45,829 bases of DNA from Euryarchaeota archaeon UBA229. Its GTDB lineage: Archaea; Thermoplasmatota; Poseidoniia; Poseidoniales; Poseidoniaceae. The position numbers and the translations under genes were made by a program. Positions 17,983-27,039 of the stretch are shown in pieces. The notes under the pieces are model-generated. The model worked only from the letters and a program-made list of their open reading frames with translations, was not told the DNA's origin and did not search any database. Location of the stretch: positions 50,551 through 96,379 of the forward strand of contig DAUW01000076.1 of the NCBI GenBank assembly GCA_002505355.1, read 5' to 3'. Within the stretch, counting starts at the first letter, position 1, and every line of letters begins with the position of its first letter.

Positions 17983-18568
17983 AGTGTTTGAATTAGACCA
18001 GGGAATTGCCGATCAATTAACCGAAGTATCCCTCAACAGCTCAGTGCAAGTAAGATGCGGCAACTCAAATTCGTTCATGGTAACGGCAAGCACCCTAATT
18101 CCGTTACTGCAGATGTTCGAGATGAAAGGTGTTTACATTTCCGCTAGCCGTGGCGCTGCAGAAGTAATTCAGGCATTTGAGTCGGTCGGCATTGACGTTT
18201 CTCAAATCCAGTTTATTGACTTAGTCTCTTCAGGTATTCTTGGTGGCACCAATATACCATACAACAATGTTCATTTTGTTGATAGTCCGATAATGCTAGA
18301 ATCGATACTACTTCGGACATTGTACATATTGCAAACTAATCAATCAGAAAGAAATTTCGTGTTTGTTGATAGCGTTAACGCACTGGCGATTTACAATGAC
18401 GACAGAATGCTTGCGGAGTACCTCCACACTTTCATCAATACATTCAGGCAACAAGATGTGCTATCGGTAATTCTCAATGTGCCTGACCAGACGCCGCCGT
18501 TAGTTCTGTCAAACCTAGATCTCTACTGTACTGATTTAGTCGACAGAGGTCAAGTTGTCATCCATTAA
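17954..18568 (+). CDS. Degenerate KaiC/RecA-fold-like protein lacking a P-loop
   Basis: Collinear with the KaiC-like layout, but the Walker A position reads VQVRCGNSNSFMV. It retains a Walker-B-like NFVFVDSVNAL. It overlaps the 3' end of the preceding gene (GTG 17954 or ATG 17960 against the stop at 17982). Confidence 0.5.
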   Translation: MIMSIVGGLEVFELDQGIADQLTEVSLNSSVQVRCGNSNSFMVTASTLIPLLQMFEMKGVYISASRGAAEVIQAFESVGIDVSQIQFIDLVSSGILGGTNIPYNNVHFVDSPIMLESILLRTLYILQTNQSERNFVFVDSVNALAIYNDDRMLAEYLHTFINTFRQQDVLSVILNVPDQTPPLVLSNLDLYCTDLVDRGQVVIH

Positions 18569-18581
18569 AGGAGGTAGTCAG

Positions 18582-19385
18582 ATGGCGAAGGAGATTCAGT
18601 TTGAAGCAGAGGATGAGGAGTTCTTTGGTAAAGTTGGCTCATTCGGTGTACCCAAATTCGATAATGAAATGCGCGGTGGTGTGCCAAGAGGATTTACTAT
18701 GATTGCCTTTACCGATACCGGTTCAGGTAGCGAACTGTTCGCCAAGCAGTTTGTTTCACCAGCAGAAGAGGCTGAAAACACCATCTACATCTCAACCAAC
18801 GAGGGTCAAGCAGAGATTGTGCGAATTTTCCAGAAATACGATTGGCCGCTGGACATCAATGTTAGAACAATTGGTGAGGAGTATAACTCGAACGTATTGG
18901 AAAAAGAGTTGCTTGCTAGCAGATATAGGCTAGAAGGCTTCCGTCTTGAGGATATCCAAAGGCTTGCACAAACGCGATTCGTCGATGAAAATAATCAAGA
19001 TTACCTCACTGAAGTAACCAATGAAGTTATGGCTTTAGGGCCGTATTTTAGGGCCGTTGTTGACAGTTTGGATTTCTTCCTGCAAAGAGACGACCCAGCG
19101 CGGGTTGTGGCTATGGTTAGGATGCTGCAAGCTCACGCTCAAATGTACCGTGGTTTACTGTTTCTCACGGTATCCACAGACGGCCTCTCACCTAGCATCA
19201 AGCAAGAATTAGCGTCCATTGCTGACATGGTGTTGTCGTTTCAAGTGCGAACTATCGGAACAGATTTCGAAACCTCGATGATGGTATCAAAATTTAGAAA
19301 TGCGCCAGAAAATTTGAAGATATTAGTGTTTAGAGTGACCCCCGAAGAAGGTATTACCCCGGAAACCGTCGAACGTATTGCTTGA
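18582..19385 (+). CDS. KaiC-like protein with inactivated Walker A
   Basis: FGVPKFDNEMRGGVPRGFTMIAFTDTGSGSELFAKQFV has the KaiC-like N-terminal layout, but GxGKT is replaced by GSGSE. Walker-B-like AVVDSLDFF. AGGAGGT Shine-Dalgarno lies just upstream of ATG 18582. Confidence 0.65.
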   Translation: MAKEIQFEAEDEEFFGKVGSFGVPKFDNEMRGGVPRGFTMIAFTDTGSGSELFAKQFVSPAEEAENTIYISTNEGQAEIVRIFQKYDWPLDINVRTIGEEYNSNVLEKELLASRYRLEGFRLEDIQRLAQTRFVDENNQDYLTEVTNEVMALGPYFRAVVDSLDFFLQRDDPARVVAMVRMLQAHAQMYRGLLFLTVSTDGLSPSIKQELASIADMVLSFQVRTIGTDFETSMMVSKFRNAPENLKILVFRVTPEEGITPETVERIA

Positions 19386-19429
19386 AACTGAAACGATATG
19401 TCCAAAGAGGGCGGGCTTGACAGATAACC

Positions 19430-20176
19430 ATGGCAGGTCGAAGCGCAACTGGTGGTTATGACCCGTCAGGTATCGACATCGATGAGTGGGAATTATTAGA
19501 ATCTCAGCTGGAAGAATCGATACCAAATTACGATCGAGTTAATCGTTTGATGACATTTGGTCAAGATGCGGTATGGCGAAAAAATGTTCGGAGTCATGCG
19601 CAACCTGGAATGAAAGTATTGGAAGTAGGATGCGGCCCCGGCTCATTTGCCGAAGATATCGAAAGTGTTGACTTGACTTGCTTAGACCCATCAGAAGAGA
19701 TGTTGAAAGTCGCTAAAGTTAGGGTAAATGATGCTCGTCAATTGCGTGGTGAGCCGCCGGCAGATTATGTCCTTGCTATCGCCGAATCAATACCATTGCC
19801 AGACAACACTTTTGACCGCGTATTCTGCTTATTCTCCTTCCGTGATTTCCAAGATAAGAAGAAAGGATTAGAAGAAATACTTAGAGTTCTCAAACCGGGT
19901 GGCCAGTTAGTGATTTGTGATGCTGGCAAGGCTAACTGGGTTCACGGCTTGGCCGGAAGGATATGGATGTCTACAGTCGTACAATGGATTGCAAGATACG
20001 TCACTAAGAAAAAAGACCACCCCTGGAAAGGGCTTGCCAAAACATATTCCCATTATGGCACCAACGGTTATTATCGAAGGTTGATGAGAGAAGTTGGTTT
20101 TGAAAATGTTCAGGGAAGACTGCTGATGCCATTCGGAATGGCTAGCAGATTCAGGGGACACAAACCTGATAATTGA
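19430..20176 (+). CDS. ubiE: Class I SAM-dependent methyltransferase, UbiE/MenG (quinone C-methyltransferase) family
   Basis: YDRVNRLMTFGQDAVWRKN (UbiE-family N-terminal block), VLEVGCGPGSF (SAM motif I), LKPGGQLVICD. Confidence 0.65.
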   Translation: MAGRSATGGYDPSGIDIDEWELLESQLEESIPNYDRVNRLMTFGQDAVWRKNVRSHAQPGMKVLEVGCGPGSFAEDIESVDLTCLDPSEEMLKVAKVRVNDARQLRGEPPADYVLAIAESIPLPDNTFDRVFCLFSFRDFQDKKKGLEEILRVLKPGGQLVICDAGKANWVHGLAGRIWMSTVVQWIARYVTKKKDHPWKGLAKTYSHYGTNGYYRRLMREVGFENVQGRLLMPFGMASRFRGHKPDN

Positions 20177-20260
20177 TTTTTCAATAGGATATCTCACGAA
20201 TTTACGTCATGAGAAAAATCATTACACTCATAAACCCCCTATATCTGGCAAATTTATCAG

Positions 20261-20587
20261 GTGATGACTTTGACAATGGCTGATGTCCTGCGAAAAATCA
20301 AACAAACCGAAAGAGAGGCTGCACGACAGTTGTCTGCAGCAAAAGACGAAGCGTCAAAGATTGTCTCAGACGCCCGTAAAAAATCAGCAGAGATAATTTC
20401 ACAAGCATCAGACGATTCTGTGTCCAACACTCAGTCAATCCTCGATTCGGCCCGTGAAGAGGCTGCCAAATCGGCAGAAAAAGTTCACAAGGAAGGGGCT
20501 AAATCAGTTACTTCGATTAATACAACTGCTAACAAGAATGTCTCTAAAGCAGTTGATCATATCTTGAAGACTATGTCATCATTGTAG
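20261..20587 (+). CDS. atpH: A-type ATP synthase subunit H
   Basis: 108-aa charged helical protein (ADVLRKIKQTEREAARQLSAAKDEASKIVSDARKK) in first position of the atpHIKECFABD order. GTG at 20261; ATGs at 20264 and 20276 are alternatives. Confidence 0.75.
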   Translation: MMTLTMADVLRKIKQTEREAARQLSAAKDEASKIVSDARKKSAEIISQASDDSVSNTQSILDSAREEAAKSAEKVHKEGAKSVTSINTTANKNVSKAVDHILKTMSSL

Positions 20588-22951
20588 GTGTTTTCGATGT
20601 TTGAAACTGCTGAAATGTCCCGTCTAACTGTGGCATCTCCAGTTGACAAAATGGAAGCAGTATTGAGAATCTGTGCAGATTTAGGCTGTGTGCATATCGA
20701 GGAGTACGGCAATTTTGAAGACGGCATTGGAGTCGGTAAATCTATTTCATCTGATGAATCTGCTCTCATTAGTCAATTACTGACTAAAGGAAGGGCACTG
20801 CAAGCAGAACTGAATGCAGTTAATACTGCTGGGCCTAAATCGACGGCAGAAGTTAAACAACTAGTCGACACCATGGGAGATAAAATCGATCAAGCATTAG
20901 TATTACTGGATGAATCAAGAGATGCAAATTCCGAAATTACCTCCCTCGCCGAGCGAATAAAAGCGCTGCAAAGAGTCGCTCCTCTTGGCATTCCATTAGA
21001 ATTGATGGCGGGTTTCGACGGTGTCGAACTTTTCATTGCGGAAACCTCGAAGGCGTCCAAAGCGCGTGCAGAGTTTTCTGACCTCCTCGCAGATATTGAA
21101 TTACAAGCTGCAAACGGCATTATTGCCATTGCTTGTCGACCATCGGATAGTGCTGCTGTACAAATTGGACTAAGCGCGCTCGGGGCTAAACCAATCCAGA
21201 TTCCATCAGGTGAGGGTTCTGCCGACGAAATGATTGCCGACGCACAAGCCAAGATTGAGTCACTCGAGTCGAAAATAAGCAGTGCTGAGAAGTCCTTGAA
21301 ACAGTGGTCAAACGCCAACGGGCGAGATTTGGTTATTATTCTTGAACACCTAGAGCGTGAGGAATCCATATACACGGCTCCAACCTTGCTAGCTGTCAGC
21401 AACCAGGCATTTGTCCTCGACGGTTGGATTCCAACTGAGGAACAAGACAAAGTTGAGTCAGCATTATCCAGCGCAGCCTCACACATTTCTATAGAACAAT
21501 ACGTAGACAATCACCACGGTCACGGCGACGAACACCATGATGATCATACGGACAAACAAGAAGTTCCAAAAGAATTAGAGATGTTATCCGATTATTTATC
21601 CAGTAAAAATCAATCAGTATTCGAGTTCTTTAGAAGTATGGATTTAGACGATTCCGGGGCGCTTGAGTTTGCTGAGATTGAGTCAGCAATGCAAGCAGCA
21701 GATATACCAGACATGCCACCCCTAAATATGGCTAGATTCCTTGCGGCCATAGACCTCAATCGTGACGGGAAAATTAACCTCCCTGAGCTAGATTTAGCGA
21801 TTGGGGCCATAAGAAATGGTACCTATCACACAAAAGAGTACCATGATGATGCTCAACCGCCGATTAAATTCGATAACGGAGAATTCTCAGAGCCATTCGA
21901 GCTGTTGGTAGATTTAGTTGGCAGGCCGAAATATGGAACATTTGACCCGACGCTACTTATGACCTTTACCTTCCCTATTTTCTATGGTATGATACTCGGT
22001 GATTGGGGCTACGGTCTTGTATTGTGCGCTATTGCAGCATACTTCGGCACGAAACCATTTGCTGCTGATCCGCTTGCCCAAAATGGCTTGACAATTCTAC
22101 GCTGGATGGGGATATGGTGTATTATTTGGGGCTTAATTTTCGCTGAAGGTTTCGGTTTCGTTTGGGATGATACAGGACAAATGGGCAATTCCTCTCCGTT
22201 TGATTTCATTTATGACTGGACTTACGCTAACGTCCACGTTCCAGGAACCCTCGCTGACCTGCTAGCAATGGGTGGCTTGCATGTACCATTCCATCGTGCC
22301 AGTCCAGGCGGTGGCCTACAAGAGTACGTTGTTCTGTCTGTCTATGTTGGTGTTCTCCACATATTTGTCGGTCTATTTATTGGACTATACACAGTATGGA
22401 ATGCTCACGGTGCAGCCGCAGCATTCTTCGAAAAAGGTTCCTGGATACTGATTATGACTGGCGGCACCATGCAGGCAAGAAACATGGTCATGGGATTCAA
22501 TGAGTTATTCGAATTCCAGATCTGGACAGTGTTCATAGCTGTGGGTCTAGTATGCTTAGTCATCGGATTAGCCGTCTACGAGAAGTTTGGTTGGGTTGGC
22601 GGTTTGGTCATGGGCCCGATAGAAATCTTTGGATTGCTGGCTAATACTCTTTCCTATCTTAGAATAATGGGAGTTGGCGTTGCGGGCGTAAAAATCGCAG
22701 AAATTTCCATCAGCATGGGCTGGGAAAAAATCGGACCTGCAATGGACGCAGGAGACATCATTGGCCTAGTCCTCGGTATCGTTCTATTTGTCTTAGTGCA
22801 ATTGTTTGCGATTGCTCTTGGAATTTTATCACCTTCAATTCACGCTATCCGTCTACACTTTGTAGAATGGATGGGTAAGTTTTACGACGGCAGTGGCAAA
22901 GCATTCGCGCCACTTGGCGGTAGAACCCTTCATGTGGAGGGTAAATCATAG
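20588..22951 (+). CDS. atpI: A-type ATP synthase subunit I (a-subunit homolog) carrying an inserted His-rich/EF-hand module
   Basis: N-terminal soluble coiled domain. Conserved PPIKFDNGEFSEPFELLVDLVGRPKYGTFDPT junction. C-terminal multi-TM domain with LSYLRIMGVGVAG (essential Arg region) and LHFVEW. About 100 aa longer than I would expect for archaeal AtpI. Confidence 0.9.
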   Translation: MFSMFETAEMSRLTVASPVDKMEAVLRICADLGCVHIEEYGNFEDGIGVGKSISSDESALISQLLTKGRALQAELNAVNTAGPKSTAEVKQLVDTMGDKIDQALVLLDESRDANSEITSLAERIKALQRVAPLGIPLELMAGFDGVELFIAETSKASKARAEFSDLLADIELQAANGIIAIACRPSDSAAVQIGLSALGAKPIQIPSGEGSADEMIADAQAKIESLESKISSAEKSLKQWSNANGRDLVIILEHLEREESIYTAPTLLAVSNQAFVLDGWIPTEEQDKVESALSSAASHISIEQYVDNHHGHGDEHHDDHTDKQEVPKELEMLSDYLSSKNQSVFEFFRSMDLDDSGALEFAEIESAMQAADIPDMPPLNMARFLAAIDLNRDGKINLPELDLAIGAIRNGTYHTKEYHDDAQPPIKFDNGEFSEPFELLVDLVGRPKYGTFDPTLLMTFTFPIFYGMILGDWGYGLVLCAIAAYFGTKPFAADPLAQNGLTILRWMGIWCIIWGLIFAEGFGFVWDDTGQMGNSSPFDFIYDWTYANVHVPGTLADLLAMGGLHVPFHRASPGGGLQEYVVLSVYVGVLHIFVGLFIGLYTVWNAHGAAAAFFEKGSWILIMTGGTMQARNMVMGFNELFEFQIWTVFIAVGLVCLVIGLAVYEKFGWVGGLVMGPIEIFGLLANTLSYLRIMGVGVAGVKIAEISISMGWEKIGPAMDAGDIIGLVLGIVLFVLVQLFAIALGILSPSIHAIRLHFVEWMGKFYDGSGKAFAPLGGRTLHVEGKS
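21494..21856 (+). other. Insertion within atpI: His/Asp-rich stretch (21512..21547) plus two canonical EF-hand loops (21641..21676 and 21752..21787)
   Basis: HHGHGDEHHDDH. Loop 1 is DLDDSGALEFAE, flanked by helices VFEFFRSM and IESAMQAA. Loop 2 is DLNRDGKINLPE, flanked by MARFLAAI and LDLAIGAI. Both satisfy D-x-[DNS]-x-[DNS]-G-x-[ILV]-x-x-x-E. Confidence 0.8.
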
Positions 22952-22981
22952 TCCATTGGACAAATAAAGGAGGTAGCAAAA

Positions 22982-23296
22982 ATGAACAAGAATACCCTGA
23001 AAATGAGCCTGAGAACCCTGATCGTCTTGCTGGCATTGACCCTTGTAGCACAAGGTGTTGCAGCAGAAGGAGAAGAAACGGGAGAAGATACGAACGTAGG
23101 AAACATCGGTAACCTCGGTGTTGGTATTGCGCTAGGATTAGCCGGACTAGGTGCTGGTTACTCACAAGCCGCAATAGGTAGCGCTGCAGTCGGCATGCTT
23201 GCCGAAGACGGCAGCAAGTTCGGTTACGCACTAATCTTCACAGCTCTGCCAGAGTCTATCGTTATCTTGGGCGCTCTGCCATTGTTCCTACAGTGA
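22982..23296 (+). CDS. atpK: A-type ATP synthase subunit K (proteolipid c) with N-terminal signal-like extension
   Basis: GVGIALGLAGLGAGYSQAAIGSAAVG (helix 1) and ALIFTALPESIVILGALPLF (helix 2, carboxylate E). AAAGGAGGT Shine-Dalgarno upstream of the ATG. Confidence 0.9.
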   Translation: MNKNTLKMSLRTLIVLLALTLVAQGVAAEGEETGEDTNVGNIGNLGVGIALGLAGLGAGYSQAAIGSAAVGMLAEDGSKFGYALIFTALPESIVILGALPLFLQ

Positions 23297-23348
23297 ACAT
23301 TTACCTTTGACGGTCTAGAAGACTGTTGGAGTATATGGAGGAATAAAA

Positions 23349-23912
23349 ATGACGCTCGAAACATTGGCTAAAGATATCGCTGCATCTGCAGAAGCAGATG
23401 TCAAAGCGCTGATCGACGAAGCCAAGTCTGAAGCCAAGGAAATATTGGAAGAAGCCAAAAACAAAGCATCCGGTATAACTGATGAAGCTAACTCAAGGGC
23501 TGAGCGTGAAGCCGCTCAAATATCCCGTGAAGTAGTTGCTAGTGCTAGACAAGCGAATCAAAAATCGATATTGATTGCGAAACGGGAAGCCATGGATAAT
23601 ACCCATGCTGCTGTTAAAGAGCAACTTGCTGACCCTGGCTTCAAGGGTCGTGCCAGTATGTTAAAATCATTGATGGCAAAAGCCGACAAAGTTGCATCAG
23701 CAGATTTCGTTATCAGGCCAGTAGAAGTGGATAAGAAAGCACTTAGTGATTTGAAAGGTAAGCGAAAACTAGGCACAACTGTCGATGGTCTTGGAGGATT
23801 TATCCTAGAGGCCGCTGATGGGTCTGTATCTTATGATATGAGATTTGACACTCTGCTAGATACAGCGTGGGGACAGTCCCTATCGGAAGTTAACAGAATA
23901 TTGTTTGGTTGA
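23349..23912 (+). CDS. atpE: A-type ATP synthase subunit E
   Basis: 187 aa. N-terminal long charged helix (AEADVKALIDEAKSEAKEILEEAKNKA) and a globular C-terminus. Position in the operon. Confidence 0.85.
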   Translation: MTLETLAKDIAASAEADVKALIDEAKSEAKEILEEAKNKASGITDEANSRAEREAAQISREVVASARQANQKSILIAKREAMDNTHAAVKEQLADPGFKGRASMLKSLMAKADKVASADFVIRPVEVDKKALSDLKGKRKLGTTVDGLGGFILEAADGSVSYDMRFDTLLDTAWGQSLSEVNRILFG

Positions 23913-23922
23913 GGTGAAATGA

Positions 23923-24957
23923 TTGGCTGGTAATACTGCTTACGTTGCTTCGAGAGCCAAATCTCGAAGGAAGAAACTTGCAGACTTAGCAAGGATGCGG
24001 CAGCTTATCAATCAATCAACCGATCAATTAACAGCATCTGTAAGTAACATGGGTTATGCTGACGAAATTAACTTGTACGCCGGGAAATTGACTGGCGCAG
24101 ATTTGGTTGAGGCAGCATTAACACACAACCTTGAAGCAGAATTATCAGAGATACTCAAAATGTGCAATGGTAAAATTAGAGACGTAGTCGATATCTACAC
24201 CTCACGGTTTGAATATCAAAATGCCAAAGTCGTGCTCCGATCTGTTGTGAATGAAGTTGCTTTAGATAAAGTTTCAAATTCGATACTACCAGATTTGAAC
24301 GATATCAATACGCCATGGTTGAAAATTATCGAAACTGCAGATGACTTGCGATCCGCAGTCTTGCAGATGCGGCGTAAATCCTTCGGAGCAGACCTCAAGG
24401 CGCTGCCCGAGGATGCGAGATTATCTGAATACGAGGATGCCCTAGACAGGCATTACTTCAAGTCGGCTACCAAATCACTCAACGCAAAAAATCCAGCGAC
24501 GAAGTACTTGAAAGACTACTTAGCAATGGAAATTGACCACCGAAACATAATGAATATACTTGAATCGGATTCGATTGGTATATCATCCGATGAAATGGCT
24601 AAACTGTTAATTGCGGGTGGTAAAATACTACCATCTAGAGCATTTTCAACGATTGCTGCTGGTGGTAGGTCAGCATTAATGGATGTGCTTAGAACGTCGT
24701 CTAAATTTGACATGGGGCACTTTGAGGGGCTGTTAGAAGAGGTCACAAAATCTAGAAGCTTAGATTCCATAGTAACATGGTTCAAGGAAAGGGAACATAA
24801 GTTCATGAAAAAAATGAGTTATCTCCATCCCATTTCCGCACTGCCAATAGTTTACTATGTTGCAATGAAGGTACAAGAAGTTGCAGACCTGAGAATAATT
24901 GTCAGAGGAAGATTTGCTGGCTTGCCGGCAGAAGTGCTAGAGGCGCACATACTATGA
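23923..24957 (+). CDS. atpC: A-type ATP synthase subunit C (V-type d homolog)
   Basis: 344 aa. N-terminal YVASRAKSRRKKL, typical of AtpC. Position in the operon. TTG start. Confidence 0.85.
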   Translation: MAGNTAYVASRAKSRRKKLADLARMRQLINQSTDQLTASVSNMGYADEINLYAGKLTGADLVEAALTHNLEAELSEILKMCNGKIRDVVDIYTSRFEYQNAKVVLRSVVNEVALDKVSNSILPDLNDINTPWLKIIETADDLRSAVLQMRRKSFGADLKALPEDARLSEYEDALDRHYFKSATKSLNAKNPATKYLKDYLAMEIDHRNIMNILESDSIGISSDEMAKLLIAGGKILPSRAFSTIAAGGRSALMDVLRTSSKFDMGHFEGLLEEVTKSRSLDSIVTWFKEREHKFMKKMSYLHPISALPIVYYVAMKVQEVADLRIIVRGRFAGLPAEVLEAHIL

Positions 24958-24966
24958 GGTGTAAAT

Positions 24967-25266
24967 ATGGAATTAGCAGTAGTAGGCTCACATGAATTCA
25001 CTCTAGGGTTCCAGCTGGCTGGTATTTCAAGCACCTTCAATCCTACAAGTGATGAGGAAATGGCCTCACAACTAAAATCACTACTTAATTCAAGAGAGGT
25101 TGGAATTATTGTCATCGACTCTGCAATAATGTCAACCTTGCCAGAGAGATTGCGAGACCAACTCTCGGCATCAGTTACTCCCACGGTACTTGGAATCGGT
25201 ACCGAGGAGGACACTACTTTGCGGGACACAATCCGCAAAGCAATAGGAGTCGACTTATGGAAATGA
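24967..25266 (+). CDS. atpF: A-type ATP synthase subunit F
   Basis: 99 aa. [20 protein letters not shown] is typical of AtpF. Position in the operon. Confidence 0.85.
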   Translation: MELAVVGSHEFTLGFQLAGISSTFNPTSDEEMASQLKSLLNSREVGIIVIDSAIMSTLPERLRDQLSASVTPTVLGIGTEEDTTLRDTIRKAIGVDLWK

Positions 25267-25288
25267 ATTCCAAAAAGGAGGAAAAAAT

Positions 25289-27028
25289 ATGAGCAATGAA
25301 GGAGTAATATATCGAATATCCGGTCCTGTAGTAACCGCAACTGGAATGAACGCAGCTATGTATGACGTTGTCAGAGTAGGACATGAAGGACTGATGGGTG
25401 AAGTTATCGAACTTCACGGTGACAAGGCAATTATACAAGTTTACGAAGACACCTCGGGCATAAGACCGGGCGAACCCGTTTTGAACACGGAAGAAACCCT
25501 ATCTGTGTCTCTAGGTCCAGGTTTGTTGACCCAGATTTATGACGGTATCCAAAGACCGTTAGCAACACTCGAGGAAGTAATGGGCGTATTTATCACTAGA
25601 GGGGTTGATGCGGATGCTTTCGACCTTGAGAAGAAGTGGACATTCGAACCAATCGTCGCCAAGGGCGATGATCTTGCCAGCGGTCAAGTTATTGGTCACG
25701 TGCAGGAAACCGAAACTATTGTTCACAAGATTATGGTTCCTCCGGGAAAAAGTGGCAAAGTTAAATCTATCAAGTCTGGTGATTTCAACGTCACACAAAC
25801 CGTTTGTACCCTAGACGACGGAACTGAACTGCAAATGATGCAGAAATGGCCAGTTAGGTCACCTAGACCGTTCCGCCAGAAATATGCTCCAGATACGCCG
25901 TTAGTGACTGGAATGCGAATCCTTGATTTCCTCTTCCCGCTCGCCAAGGGTGGTGCAGCAGGAATTCCTGGACCATTCGGTTCAGGTAAAACAGTAACTC
26001 AGCAGTCACTTGCCAAGTATTCTGACGCGCAATTAGTGGTATACATAGGATGTGGCGAGCGTGGCAATGAGATGACAGAGGTACTAGACGAATTCCCGCA
26101 CCTAATCGATCCAAACACCGGTAAGCCGCTGATGAACCGTACTGTAATGATTGCCAATACCTCCAACATGCCGGTCGCAGCTCGTGAGGCGTCGGTTTAT
26201 ACTGGAATCACCATTGCCGAGTACTTCAGAGATATGGGGTACGATGTTGCCCTGATGGCTGATTCAACCTCGAGATGGGCCGAGGCAATGCGTGAAATTT
26301 CATCAAGATTAGAAGAGATGCCTGGAGAAGAAGGCTATCCTGCTTATCTATCATCGAGAATTGCTGAGTTCTATGAGCGTGCAGGTCGTGTTGAGACCTT
26401 GAGTGGTGAAGACGGGTCTGTAACTGTGATTGGTGCGGTGTCACCCCCGGGTGGAGATATTTCCGAGCCGGTTTCTCAGGGAACTCTTCGAATTGTCAAG
26501 GTATTTTGGGGACTCGACGCCGGTCTTGCAAGGCAGAGACATTTCCCAGCAATCAACTGGCTTAATTCCTATTCATTGTATCCGCAAAGCTTAGATCAGT
26601 GGTTTAGAGACAATATTGCGCAAGACTTCCCTGAAATTAGAACCCAAGTGAGCGGGCTTTTACAAATAGAAGCAGAACTGCAGGAGATTGTTCAATTGGT
26701 AGGATCAGATGCACTCCCTGTTGACCAACAATTAACTTTAGAAGTTGCGAGAATGATTAGAGAATTTTTCCTCCAGCAGAACGGCTTCCACGAAGTCGAT
26801 GCTTACTGTGACATTAATCTACAGTACAAGATGGCAAAAGCAATACTATCTTTCCAAGACTCTGCTAAGGCTGCAATGGCTTCAGGTGCGCAACTAAATG
26901 ATGTTGTCAACGTTCAATCTAGAACAGATTTGATGAGAGGTAGATTTGAGAAAGGCTACATTGACGAAATCGAGGAGATGGTGAAAAACATGACCGCAGA
27001 AATTGCGGGTACCGTGGAGGGTAACTAG
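25289..27028 (+). CDS. atpA: A-type ATP synthase catalytic subunit A
   Basis: Walker [17 protein letters not shown] and the non-homologous-region insert typical of A/V-type A subunits. 579 aa. Confidence 0.97.
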   Translation: MSNEGVIYRISGPVVTATGMNAAMYDVVRVGHEGLMGEVIELHGDKAIIQVYEDTSGIRPGEPVLNTEETLSVSLGPGLLTQIYDGIQRPLATLEEVMGVFITRGVDADAFDLEKKWTFEPIVAKGDDLASGQVIGHVQETETIVHKIMVPPGKSGKVKSIKSGDFNVTQTVCTLDDGTELQMMQKWPVRSPRPFRQKYAPDTPLVTGMRILDFLFPLAKGGAAGIPGPFGSGKTVTQQSLAKYSDAQLVVYIGCGERGNEMTEVLDEFPHLIDPNTGKPLMNRTVMIANTSNMPVAAREASVYTGITIAEYFRDMGYDVALMADSTSRWAEAMREISSRLEEMPGEEGYPAYLSSRIAEFYERAGRVETLSGEDGSVTVIGAVSPPGGDISEPVSQGTLRIVKVFWGLDAGLARQRHFPAINWLNSYSLYPQSLDQWFRDNIAQDFPEIRTQVSGLLQIEAELQEIVQLVGSDALPVDQQLTLEVARMIREFFLQQNGFHEVDAYCDINLQYKMAKAILSFQDSAKAAMASGAQLNDVVNVQSRTDLMRGRFEKGYIDEIEEMVKNMTAEIAGTVEGN

Positions 27029-27039
27029 GAGGAATAATC

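Noticed and set aside
20890-21510. 206-aa minus-strand ORF within atpI
   Set aside because: Antisense to a gene with conserved AtpI blocks and S/A-rich low complexity. A typical shadow ORF.
24855-25340. 161-aa minus-strand ORF spanning the atpC end, atpF and the atpA start
   Set aside because: It crosses three well-supported plus-strand genes of the atp operon. No motifs.
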